A stretch of DNA of 64,000 bases from positions 3,790-67,789 of the forward strand of contig JBDSHC010000088.1 in the NCBI GenBank assembly GCA_039918675.1, in the 5' to 3' direction. The stretch comes from Devosia sp. (GTDB taxonomy: Bacteria; Pseudomonadota; Alphaproteobacteria; Rhizobiales; Devosiaceae). The translations under genes and the position numbers were made by a program. The notes beneath the pieces are model-generated. The model saw only the letters and a list, made by a program, of their open reading frames with translations. It made no database searches and was not told where the DNA came from. Each line of letters begins with the position of its first letter. Position 1 is the stretch's first letter. This document shows, one piece after another, positions 30,230-40,042 of this stretch.

Positions 30230-31291
30230 ATGATGCCAAAACCGCAGCCCGCGCAACAGGTGACACCGCTCGACAGCGGGGCGGTTCTCGCCTGGTACGA
30301 CCGCCATTCGCGCACCCTGCCATGGCGCGTTTCGCCTGCCGACCGGGCGAAGGGCATCAAGCCTGACCCCTATCCCATCTGGCTCAGCGAGATCATGCTG
30401 CAGCAGACGACGGTCGCCGCCGTCGGCACATATTACGCCCGCTTCCTGCATCTCTGGCCTAATGTCGCCGCGCTCGCTGCAAGCCCGCTTGAACCCATCC
30501 TCGTCGAATGGGCAGGCCTCGGCTATTACGCCCGCGCCCGCAATCTCCATGCCTGCGCCAGAGCCGTTGTCGAGCGGTTCGGCGGCCAGTTTCCGGCCAC
30601 CTCCACCGAACTCCTGACGCTGCCCGGCATCGGCCCCTACACCGCCGCCGCCATAGCCTCGATCTCGTTCGACGAGCCCATCGCTGTGGTTGACGGCAAT
30701 GTCGACCGCGTCCTCGCCCGCTATCTCGCGCTGCCGGCGCCGGTCCGCGAGGCCAAGGATCTCATCCGCTCCACCGTGCAGGCCGCCGTCCCCGCCCGTG
30801 CCGGCGATTTCGCCCAGGCCCTGATGGACCTCGGCGCCACCATCTGCGCCCCGCGCGGCGTCAACTGCCTCATCTGCCCCCTCAACGAAGGCTGCGCAGG
30901 TCGCCGCGCCGACCCGCTGATGTTCCCGGTCAAAGCCGAGAAGCCTCTCCGCCCCACCCGCTACGGCCACGCCTTCGTCATGCGCGACCGCGACGGCGAC
31001 GTCTTCCTCCGCACCCGAGCCGAAAAAGGCCTCCTCGCCCAGATGACCGAACCGCCGGTGTCGGAATGGACCAGCGAATCTTCCGATCCGCAATTTCCCA
31101 TACCAGCCGACTGGCGTCACCACGGCAAGATCGTCCACGTCTTCACCCATTTCCGCCTCGAACTCGAGATTTGGTCCGCAACAGCGACGGACACAGCTGG
31201 ACTCTTCGACGGCTGGTGGTCCTCTAACCTGGAGTCCGAAGCTCTCCCCAGCGTCTTCCGCAAGGCGCTAAAAGCGGCCGGAATCGAGTAA
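30230..31291 (+). CDS. mutY: A/G-specific adenine glycosylase
   Basis: WLSEIMLQQT, GLGYYARARNL, HhH LPGIGPYTA, VDGNV and the 4Fe-4S CxxxxxxCxxCxxxxxC motif. Confidence 0.98.
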   Translation: MMPKPQPAQQVTPLDSGAVLAWYDRHSRTLPWRVSPADRAKGIKPDPYPIWLSEIMLQQTTVAAVGTYYARFLHLWPNVAALAASPLEPILVEWAGLGYYARARNLHACARAVVERFGGQFPATSTELLTLPGIGPYTAAAIASISFDEPIAVVDGNVDRVLARYLALPAPVREAKDLIRSTVQAAVPARAGDFAQALMDLGATICAPRGVNCLICPLNEGCAGRRADPLMFPVKAEKPLRPTRYGHAFVMRDRDGDVFLRTRAEKGLLAQMTEPPVSEWTSESSDPQFPIPADWRHHGKIVHVFTHFRLELEIWSATATDTAGLFDGWWSSNLESEALPSVFRKALKAAGIE

Positions 31292-31325
31292 AAAAATGCC
31301 GCCGGTCTGTTCTAGACCGGCGGCA
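31291..31325 (-). terminator. Terminator between convergent mutY and ccrM
   Basis: 12-bp stem TGCCGCCGGTCT/AGACCGGCGGCA; the A-run gives a U-tail on the minus strand. Confidence 0.8.
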
Positions 31326-31353
31326 GGTTTGCCCGAAGACTGGAGGTCTTAGC

Positions 31354-32505
<1,152 letters not shown>

Positions 32506-32534
32506 CTAACAACGCTCGTTGTAAGGCCTTAGGG

Positions 32535-32573
32535 TTAAAGGCGAATTAAGTCAGAGGGTTATCGAGAGGTTAA
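32535..32573. promoter_or_regulatory. CtrA binding sites upstream of ccrM
   Basis: Perfect TTAA-N7-TTAA at 32535-32549 and TTAT-N7-TTAA at 32559-32573. Confidence 0.85.
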
Positions 32574-33226
32574 GCAACGGCCTTGAGCCGGGCCGCCTCG
32601 ATGCACGGGGCGAAGTCCATCCGGTGATACCGCCCTGGCCCATGGGCGTTGAGCGCCTCGAAGTGCAACGGGGCAGAGTAGCCCTTGTGCGACGCAAAGC
32701 CGAAATGCGGCTCCTCGCAATGCATGATTTCGCACATCCGGTCGCGGGTCACCTTAGCCACGATCGAGGCTGCAGCGATCGACAGCGAAAGGGCATCGCC
32801 GCTGATGACCGCTTCAGCCGCGCAGGGCATCTCCTTAGGGAGGCGATTGCCGTCGATGAGGACATGGTCCGGCGCGAGCGACAGGCCCATCACCGCACGC
32901 CGCATCGCCCACATCGTCGCCCACAGAATGTTGAGTTCGGCGATGATCTTAGTCGGTGCCGCAACAATCGAAACCGTCGCGTTGGCGAGGATCTCGTCAT
33001 GCAGCCTTGCCCGGTCGCCTGCGCTCAACTGCTTGGAATCATTGAGCCCATCGGGAATCCGCCGACGGTTGAGCACAACTGCCGCAACTACCACCGGCCC
33101 AGCCAGCGGACCGCGCCCGGCCTCATCGACGCCGGCAACAATAGTGGCGCCGCAGCGGACCGCCCGCTTCTCGTAGAAAAGCGTCGGGGCAGGTGTCGTA
33201 ACTGTCTCGGTCGAATCACGCGGCAT
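32570..33226 (-). CDS. rnhB: Ribonuclease HII
   Basis: AGVDEAGRGPLAGPV, LNDSKQL, IDGN, GDA, SIAAASIVAKVTRD and HKGY. Confidence 0.98.
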   Translation of the reverse strand: MPRDSTETVTTPAPTLFYEKRAVRCGATIVAGVDEAGRGPLAGPVVVAAVVLNRRRIPDGLNDSKQLSAGDRARLHDEILANATVSIVAAPTKIIAELNILWATMWAMRRAVMGLSLAPDHVLIDGNRLPKEMPCAAEAVISGDALSLSIAAASIVAKVTRDRMCEIMHCEEPHFGFASHKGYSAPLHFEALNAHGPGRYHRMDFAPCIEAARLKAVA

Positions 33227-33254
33227 AGGAAGCAAGATGCCTCCACCGCCTGCC

Positions 33255-34403
33255 TCAGAACAAGCTCATCTGCCCGTCATCGATCCGCGGCGGCACAAAC
33301 AGATCGGTACGCAGCGCTGGCAGCTTTTTGTCGAGCCCATAACGCTCCTTGGCCTTGGCCATGCGCTGCTGCATCAGCGTCGCATAGGCACCTTCGCCCT
33401 TCATCCGGTCGCCCCAGGCAGAGTTGTAATCCTTGCCGCCGCGTGTATCGCGCACCAGCGACATCACGTGCTTCACCCGGTCCGGATAGTAGCGCAGCAT
33501 CCATTCGCGGAAGATCTCGCGCACTTCGCCCGGCAGTCGCAGCAGCACCATGCCCGCCCATTGCGCGCCCTGCGCGGCCCCCGCGTCGAGAATGCGCTCC
33601 ATCTCCATATCGTTGATCGCTGGGATCATCGGCGCCGCCATGATGCCTGTCGGAATCCCCGCCGCCGCCAGCAGTCGCACCGCCTCGAGTCGTTTCTCCG
33701 GCGTTGACGCCCGCGGCTCCATCTTACGGCTCAGGATATGGTCCATGCTCGTCACCGACAGCCCAACATTGATTAGTCCGTGCTTGGCCATCTCGCTCAG
33801 AATATCGATGTCGCGCACGATCAGCGCCGACTTCGTCACGATCGACGCAGGGTGCTTGGTGTCGAGCAAAACCTCCAGGATCCCACGTGTCAGTTTGTGT
33901 GTCCGCTCCGCCGGCTGGTACGGGTCGGTGTTGGTCCCCATCGCGATCGATTTGGGCTTGTAGCGTTTGTCGGCCAGTTCGCGGCGCAGCAGCTCGACCG
34001 CATTGACCTTCACATAGATCTGACGCTCGAAATCGAGGCCGGCCGAATGGCCGAGATAGGAATGGGTGGGTCGCGCGAAGCAGTAGCTGCAGCCATGCTC
34101 GCAGCCGCGATAGGCATTGATCGAACGGTCGAACCCGATGTCCGGGCTCTCATTCCTGGTGATAATCGATTTCGCACGTTCGACATGTTCGATCGTCTCG
34201 AACGGCTTCAGTTCCTCGACCTGGCCCCAGCCATCGTCGAAATCCTCTCGGCTCTGCGTGTCGAACCGGCTCGACTGATTGGTCTGCGCCCCGCGACCGC
34301 GATTGCGCTTGGCGTCAAGCATTGGCCGGCTGATCAGATCCGCGTCGCGCGTATCCTTCAGTTTCTCCAACTGCTCGAACGATGGTGCGGTCTGGATCGC
34401 CAT
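33255..34403 (-). CDS. PA0069/Rv2578c family radical SAM protein (SplB-like)
   Basis: SINAYRGCEHGCSYCFARPTH (CxxxCxxC), GTNTDPYQPAE and EPRASTP. Confidence 0.93.
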   Translation of the reverse strand: MAIQTAPSFEQLEKLKDTRDADLISRPMLDAKRNRGRGAQTNQSSRFDTQSREDFDDGWGQVEELKPFETIEHVERAKSIITRNESPDIGFDRSINAYRGCEHGCSYCFARPTHSYLGHSAGLDFERQIYVKVNAVELLRRELADKRYKPKSIAMGTNTDPYQPAERTHKLTRGILEVLLDTKHPASIVTKSALIVRDIDILSEMAKHGLINVGLSVTSMDHILSRKMEPRASTPEKRLEAVRLLAAAGIPTGIMAAPMIPAINDMEMERILDAGAAQGAQWAGMVLLRLPGEVREIFREWMLRYYPDRVKHVMSLVRDTRGGKDYNSAWGDRMKGEGAYATLMQQRMAKAKERYGLDKKLPALRTDLFVPPRIDDGQMSLF

Positions 34404-34469
34404 AATGACCAACAGATGGGGATGAATCATCCCAACGTTAATGGGTCTTAACGACTAGCATGCGAACGC

Positions 34470-34484
34470 GAACATAACAAGAAC
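34470..34484 (-). promoter_or_regulatory. Alphaproteobacterial LexA (SOS) box
   Basis: Minus strand GTTC-TTGTTAT-GTTC = GTTC-N7-GTTC, about 70 bp upstream of the radical SAM gene. Confidence 0.85.
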
Positions 34485-34587
34485 AAACTGCCGTGCGTAG
34501 ATTTCATGCGGGCTTGGTGCCGTTGATACAAACGGGCAAGCGCAGGGCGGCGTTCCAGACCTTGCAATGCTCAGACACATAGGTTAG

Positions 34588-34603
34588 TGAACCATATGGT
34601 TCA
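34588..34603 (+). promoter_or_regulatory. Perfect 16-bp palindromic operator overlapping the ArsR start codon
   Basis: TGAACCATATGGTTCA; preceded by TTGCAA-17 nt-TAGTGA. Confidence 0.75.
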
Positions 34604-34964
34604 GTTTTATCATCCGCCTCGCTTCGACACTTCGTTCGCCGCTATCTCCGACGCGACGCGACGCGGCGTGCTGGAACAACTCGGCCGTGCCGACGCGTCC
34701 ATCACCGAACTCGCCAAGCGCTTCGACATGACCCTCACGGGCATGAAGAAGCACGTCAGTGTGCTCGAGCAGGCGGGCTTCGTGACCACACAGAAGATTG
34801 GCCGCGTCCGCACCTGCAGCCTGGGTGGTCGCGGCCTCGACGAAGAGGCGGCGTGGATCGAACGCTATCGTCAGATGTGGGCCGCGAGGTTCGCGGAACT
34901 GGACAAGATCGTTGAACAGCTCAAGCAGAAGGAAGAGTCCGATGGACGCAAGGCAGACAAGTGA
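34596..34964 (+). CDS. ArsR/SmtB family regulator
   Basis: FAAISDATRRGVL, KHVSVLEQAG and GRVRTC; paired with an SRPBCC gene. Confidence 0.93.
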   Translation: MVQFYHPPRFDTSFAAISDATRRGVLEQLGRADASITELAKRFDMTLTGMKKHVSVLEQAGFVTTQKIGRVRTCSLGGRGLDEEAAWIERYRQMWAARFAELDKIVEQLKQKEESDGRKADK

Positions 34965-35442
34965 ACAAGCCACCGCGCCGGTCACCACGACGGATCGCCG
35001 CTCCGATCGGGAGGTCGTCGTCACGCGCACCTTCAATGCCCCGGCGCGCATAGTCTTCGAGGCCTGGACCACGCCAGAACTGATCATGAAGTGGTGGACG
35101 CCGGCATCGTTCGGCATCACCTTCATTTCCTGCGAGGCGGACGTCCGCACCGGCGGCAACTACCGTTTCGTCATGGGGCATCCGTCCTTCGATCAGCCCA
35201 TGGCCTTCTTCGGCAAATACATCGAGGTGGTGCCGAACAAACGGATCGTCTGGACCAACGAAGAAGGCGACGGCTCGGTGACGACGGTCACGTTCGAGGA
35301 GAAAGACGGCAAGACCCACCTCGTCCTCTCCGACGTCTATCCCGACAAGGCGGCCCTCGATGAAGCCATGGCCTCCGGCGGCATCGGCGGTTTCCCCGAG
35401 CAGTTCAACCAGCTCGATACTTTGCTCAAGAGCTCAAACTGA
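34942..35442 (+). CDS. SRPBCC (AHA1-like) domain protein
   Basis: VTRTFNAPARIVFEAWT, DVRTGGNYRF and VTVTFEE; GGAAGAG RBS. Confidence 0.92.
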   Translation: MDARQTSEQATAPVTTTDRRSDREVVVTRTFNAPARIVFEAWTTPELIMKWWTPASFGITFISCEADVRTGGNYRFVMGHPSFDQPMAFFGKYIEVVPNKRIVWTNEEGDGSVTTVTFEEKDGKTHLVLSDVYPDKAALDEAMASGGIGGFPEQFNQLDTLLKSSN

Positions 35443-35461
35443 AGAACACGCTGGCGGGGCC

Positions 35462-35998
35462 TCAGCGCTCCGCCAGCCGCGGCATCAGTTCGACGAAATT
35501 GCAGGGCTTGTGGCGGTTGTCGAGTTGAGCGCGGAGGATTCCCTCCCACGCGTCGCGGCAGGCGCCGCGCGAGCCGGGCAGGGCGAAGACAAACGTCGTG
35601 CCGATCAGTCCGCCCGTGGCGCGCGACTGCAATGTGCTCGTTCCTACGGTGGTAGATGAGTATTGGTGGAACAGCACCGAGAACCCATCCATCCGCTTCT
35701 GGAACAAGGGCTCAAGCGCCTCGGGCGTTACGTCGCGGCCAGAGAACCCAGTGCCGCCTGTCGTGATGATCGCATCGACTGTGGCGTCGTTGACCCAACG
35801 CATCACATGCCCGCGGATCTGATGAATGTCGTCCCGGCACACAGCGCGCTCGGCGCATTTGTGCCCGTCGGCTTCCATTAGCGATTTAAGCAGGGCGCCA
35901 GCCGTGTCGGTCTCCACGGTCCGCGTGTCGCTGACTGCCAACACGGCAATCGACAATGGCGTGAACGCGCGATCCATGTCGAGCTCAGACTTGAACAT
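35462..35998 (-). CDS. moaB: Molybdenum cofactor biosynthesis protein B
   Basis: VSDTR, TTGGTGFSGRDVTPEA, QSRA, LPGS and HKPCNF. Confidence 0.95.
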   Translation of the reverse strand: MFKSELDMDRAFTPLSIAVLAVSDTRTVETDTAGALLKSLMEADGHKCAERAVCRDDIHQIRGHVMRWVNDATVDAIITTGGTGFSGRDVTPEALEPLFQKRMDGFSVLFHQYSSTTVGTSTLQSRATGGLIGTTFVFALPGSRGACRDAWEGILRAQLDNRHKPCNFVELMPRLAER

Positions 35999-35999
35999 C

Positions 36000-37352
36000 C
36001 TATTCGTCCTTTTTGGGCGTCTCTTCGACGATCACCACCGGCTCGATCACATCGGGGGTGAGGATCTCGGCTTCCGCCTTGAGGCTGCCCTTGGCCGTGG
36101 GCGTGCGATGCATATTTTCCTGCTTCCCGTCGGAACGTGGGTCAAGATCGACTGTGCCCGGCGATACACCCTTTTCCGAATTCATGGCGCGGAACCGAAT
36201 GCGCCCGTCGATCCGCACGGGCCGCACCTTCATGCGGAGAAACGCCGTCACCGCCAGCGCGCCATGGAACGTCGCCGTCACGATAAACAGTCCGACTGGC
36301 TGATAGAGATTCATCACTACTGCCGCGATGGCGGGGCCGATCGCTAGACCGGAGCCCAGGACCAGCAGCATGCCGCCCGCGACGCGTCCGAACTCGCCAT
36401 CCTTGGCAAAGTCATTCGCGTGGGCCACCGCTATTGCGTAGATCGGGTAGGCGGAAAATCCATAGAGTGCGAACAGGACGTACATCGGCCAGCCACCGGC
36501 CGGGTTGAAGACGAGGATCAGGAAGCCGACCACGGCTGCGACGCTGCCAAGCGCCACGATCACCATACGCCGGTCCATGGTATCGCTGATCCGCCCCGCC
36601 GGCACCTGCGCCAGCGCGCCAAGCACTGCGGTCACCGCAAACAGATAAGCAATGCCGGCGGCATCCAGGCCCTGGTCGTGCCCATAGACCGGCGCCAGCG
36701 TGCCGAAGGTGCCGTTGGCCATGCCGACCGAGAATGCGGCGATCACGGCGAGGGGCGAGGTTTTGTACAGCAGGAATACATCGAGCCGCGCCGATTTGAG
36801 CGGCTTGGGCTGAGGCGTCGACGTGAACGCACTCGGCAGGATCGCGCAGATGAAGGCGATGGCGCCGACGATGAAGGGGATGTGGCTCGACACACCGGTG
36901 ACTGACATTGCGAGCTGGCCGACGGTCGAGGCCGTCATGTTGATTGTCGTGTAGATCGAAAAGATCGTGCCGCGGCTTTTGTTCTCGGCCACCTCGTTCA
37001 GCCAGCTCTCGACGATCATAGCGGCGCCGGCGAAGCAGAAGCCCGAGAAGGCGCGCAGCAGGATCCAGCTGACGTCGTTCACGAACAGCAGATTGCAGAG
37101 GATGGTGATCGTCCCGATCGCCGCCATGATCGAGAAGGCCCGGATATGGCCCACTCGCTGCACCAGCATTGGCACGGTGATCGATCCGGCGATGAACCCA
37201 ACCGACCAGCCGGTACCAATCAGGCCGAGGGCCAAAAGCGAGAACCCGACCTCGGCGCCGCGAACGCTGAGAAGCAACCCCTGCAACCCGCCCGCGAACA
37301 TGAGGAAGGCTGAGCCGAGAAACAGCGCATAGATTTTGACGACTGAAGACAT
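36000..37352 (-). CDS. MFS transporter (YcaD-like)
   Basis: About 12 TMs; RVGHIRAF, IVESWLNE and YAIAVAHAND. Confidence 0.92.
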   Translation of the reverse strand: MSSVVKIYALFLGSAFLMFAGGLQGLLLSVRGAEVGFSLLALGLIGTGWSVGFIAGSITVPMLVQRVGHIRAFSIMAAIGTITILCNLLFVNDVSWILLRAFSGFCFAGAAMIVESWLNEVAENKSRGTIFSIYTTINMTASTVGQLAMSVTGVSSHIPFIVGAIAFICAILPSAFTSTPQPKPLKSARLDVFLLYKTSPLAVIAAFSVGMANGTFGTLAPVYGHDQGLDAAGIAYLFAVTAVLGALAQVPAGRISDTMDRRMVIVALGSVAAVVGFLILVFNPAGGWPMYVLFALYGFSAYPIYAIAVAHANDFAKDGEFGRVAGGMLLVLGSGLAIGPAIAAVVMNLYQPVGLFIVTATFHGALAVTAFLRMKVRPVRIDGRIRFRAMNSEKGVSPGTVDLDPRSDGKQENMHRTPTAKGSLKAEAEILTPDVIEPVVIVEETPKKDE

Positions 37353-37437
37353 CGTGCTTTCTGAACCGGAGACCGGCTGATCCTAGCGCGGCGCGCGCCA
37401 ATTGCGGGTGAATCCCGACCAAATTCAGTCAGAAAAA

Positions 37438-38259
37438 TCAGACCGTTCCATTTCTTTCCTTAACGATCGCTTGCTTGAGGCTCAGCATGTCCTTCCACGC
37501 CTGCGCCTTGGCGCCCGGTGTGCGGAGCAGAAAGGCTGGGTGCAGTGTCGGCAGGGTCGGCACGCTAAGCGAATTGATCGTCAGCGTCTTCCACTGCCCC
37601 CGCGTCCGGGTGATCCCCTGATTGGTCTCAAACAGCGCCTGCGTCGGGACATTGCCCAGAGTCACCAGCAGTTTGGGTGCCACCAGCTCGATCTGTCGAT
37701 GCACGAACGGCGCGCATTGCGCCAACTCGTCTGGCGTAGGGTTGCGGTTCCCGGGTGGCCGCCAGGGGACCATGTTGGCGATGTAGACCTTGGTCCGGTC
37801 GAGCCCGATTGCGCCGAGCATCCGGTCCAGCAATTGGCCGGCTCGGCCGACGAACGGTTTGCCCTGCTTGTCTTCCTGCTCGCCCGGCCCTTCGCCGACC
37901 AGCATGATTTCGGCCTCAGGATTGCCGTCGGCGAAACAGAGCTGTGTCGCCCGGTGCTTCAGTGCGCAGCCGTCATAGGCCTCCATCGCCGCCCGCAGTT
38001 CCTCGAGCGTCCGCGCGGCGGCGGCAATCGCCTGCGTTTCAGCCGGATCGGTGACGAGCGGAGCTGCCGGCAACGGTGCCGGGGCAGGGCCGGCGCTCGC
38101 CGGCAGGCGCTTTGGAGGGGCAACGGCAGACGCTGCGAACCGATCGACCGGCTCGTCGCCTACCGCAATATCAACCCCCGCCGCCCGATACCAATCGAGT
38201 GCCGCCAAATCTTCAGCGCGTTGGGCCTCGGCGTCATTTAGCGGATGATTTGGAGCCAT
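37438..38259 (-). CDS. Uracil-DNA glycosylase, family 4
   Basis: [29 protein letters not shown] and LHPAFLLR. Confidence 0.95.
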   Translation of the reverse strand: MAPNHPLNDAEAQRAEDLAALDWYRAAGVDIAVGDEPVDRFAASAVAPPKRLPASAGPAPAPLPAAPLVTDPAETQAIAAAARTLEELRAAMEAYDGCALKHRATQLCFADGNPEAEIMLVGEGPGEQEDKQGKPFVGRAGQLLDRMLGAIGLDRTKVYIANMVPWRPPGNRNPTPDELAQCAPFVHRQIELVAPKLLVTLGNVPTQALFETNQGITRTRGQWKTLTINSLSVPTLPTLHPAFLLRTPGAKAQAWKDMLSLKQAIVKERNGTV

Positions 38260-38297
38260 TGGCTCTGTTATGTCACGGCGCCTTCCGGACTTAAACC

Positions 38298-39944
38298 ATG
38301 ACCGACCGCGAAATCATCGACACCGACATCGTCATTGTCGGCGCTGGCCCTGCCGGGCTCGCGGCGGCCATCCGCCTCAAGCAGAAATCGCCGCAGACCT
38401 CCGTCACGGTGGTTGAGAAGGCCGCCGAGATCGGAGGCCACATCCTCTCCGGCGCGGTCATGGATCCCTCCGGCCTGACCGAGTTGATCCCTGATTGGCG
38501 CGCAAGAGGCGCCCCGGTCGGCCCGGATGTGACCAAGGACGTCTTCCACGTCCTGACTCGCCGACACGATGTGCGCCTGCCGAACTCCATCTTGCCGCCG
38601 CTGATGCAGACTCATGACGGGGTCATCACCTCGCTCGGCGACCTCGTCCGCTGGCTCGGCGCCGAGGCGCAATCGCTCGGCGTCGACATCTTTCCGATGA
38701 CCGCCGCGGTCGATGTGCTGACCAATTCCGATGGCGCGGTCGAGGGCATCATAACGGGTGATCTTGGAGTCGATGCCAATGGCAAGCCGAAGCCCGGTTA
38801 CGCTGCCGGCATCGGTCTACGCGCGAAATATACGCTGATCGGGGAGGGAGCCCGCGGTTCGCTTGCGAAGCAGATCATCGGTCGCTTCGACCTCGATGCG
38901 AAGTCTTCGCCACAAAAATACGGGCTTGGGATCAAGGAGATATGGGAGGTCCCGGACTCTCTCCACGAGCCTGGGCGCGTCGATCACTATCTTGGTTTTC
39001 CGCTGGACGACGCCACCCAGGGAGGCGGGTTTCTCTACCATGCGCAGGACCGCAAGATTTACCTCGGCCTCGTCGTCCACCTCGATTATCGCAATCCCGC
39101 GCTGTCGCCCTTCGACGAGTTCCAGCGCTTCAAGCAGCACCCCTCGATCGCCCGTCTGCTCAAGGACGCGACGCGTCTCTCCTACGGCGCGCGCGCTCTC
39201 ACCTCAGGCGGTGAGCAGTCAATTCCGGAGCTGATTTTCCCGGGCGGCGCGCTGATCGGCTGCGCCGCAGGCTTCATGAATGCGCCCCGGCTCAAGGCTA
39301 TCCACTCGGCGATTCGCTCCGGCATCGCCGCCGCCGATTCGATCGCGCAGGCGCTGGCGGCGGGGCGCGCTAATGATCGCCTGGAGGATTTGCCGGCTCG
39401 AACCATGGCATCCGGTATCGGCCGTGAGCTGCACCGAATCCGTAACGTCAAACCCCTCTGGTCGCGCTTTGGGACCGTGCTCGGCGTGCTGCTCGGCGGC
39501 GTTGATATGTGGGTAAATACGCTGTTCCGCTTCTCTCCCTTCGGTACTCTGAAGCACCGCGAGGCTGACGCGGATACGCTCTGGCCGACCTCGGCGACGG
39601 GTGAAACGGCCTATCCCAAACCCGACGGCAAGCTGACTTTCGACCGAGCCAGCTCGGTCTTTCTGGCCAATATCGCCCATGACGAATACCAGCCAGTTCA
39701 CCTCCAACTGGCTGATCCGGCGGTCCCTGTGGCGGTGACGCGGCCGGAATTTGGGGTGGAGCCCGCACCCTTTTACTGCCCGGCCGGAGTGTACGAAATG
39801 GTCGAGGAGTCCAACGGTCCCCGCTTCCGGGTTCATCCTGGCAATTGCGTTCACTGCAAAACCTGCGACATCAAGGACCCGGCGCGCAACATTACGTGGG
39901 TGCCGCCCGAGGGCGGATCTGGCCCCAACTATGTCGGGATGTGA
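38298..39944 (+). CDS. Electron transfer flavoprotein-ubiquinone oxidoreductase
   Basis: GAGPAG FAD motif, GGHILSGA and the 4Fe-4S CPAGVYE...NCVHCKTCDIKDP. Confidence 0.97.
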   Translation: MTDREIIDTDIVIVGAGPAGLAAAIRLKQKSPQTSVTVVEKAAEIGGHILSGAVMDPSGLTELIPDWRARGAPVGPDVTKDVFHVLTRRHDVRLPNSILPPLMQTHDGVITSLGDLVRWLGAEAQSLGVDIFPMTAAVDVLTNSDGAVEGIITGDLGVDANGKPKPGYAAGIGLRAKYTLIGEGARGSLAKQIIGRFDLDAKSSPQKYGLGIKEIWEVPDSLHEPGRVDHYLGFPLDDATQGGGFLYHAQDRKIYLGLVVHLDYRNPALSPFDEFQRFKQHPSIARLLKDATRLSYGARALTSGGEQSIPELIFPGGALIGCAAGFMNAPRLKAIHSAIRSGIAAADSIAQALAAGRANDRLEDLPARTMASGIGRELHRIRNVKPLWSRFGTVLGVLLGGVDMWVNTLFRFSPFGTLKHREADADTLWPTSATGETAYPKPDGKLTFDRASSVFLANIAHDEYQPVHLQLADPAVPVAVTRPEFGVEPAPFYCPAGVYEMVEESNGPRFRVHPGNCVHCKTCDIKDPARNITWVPPEGGSGPNYVGM

Positions 39945-40042
39945 TCACAACCGCTTGTGACCGCCCGCCCTTGCGGCGCAGTCGCAAAATCGCCAATCTT
40001 TCCGCGCCTAACGAACGGCCTTCCCCGGAGATCGGAAACCTC

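Noticed and set aside
34438-34451. TTAA-N6-TTAA near the radical SAM start
   Set aside because: Spacer is 6 nt rather than the 7 nt of a CtrA box; not called.
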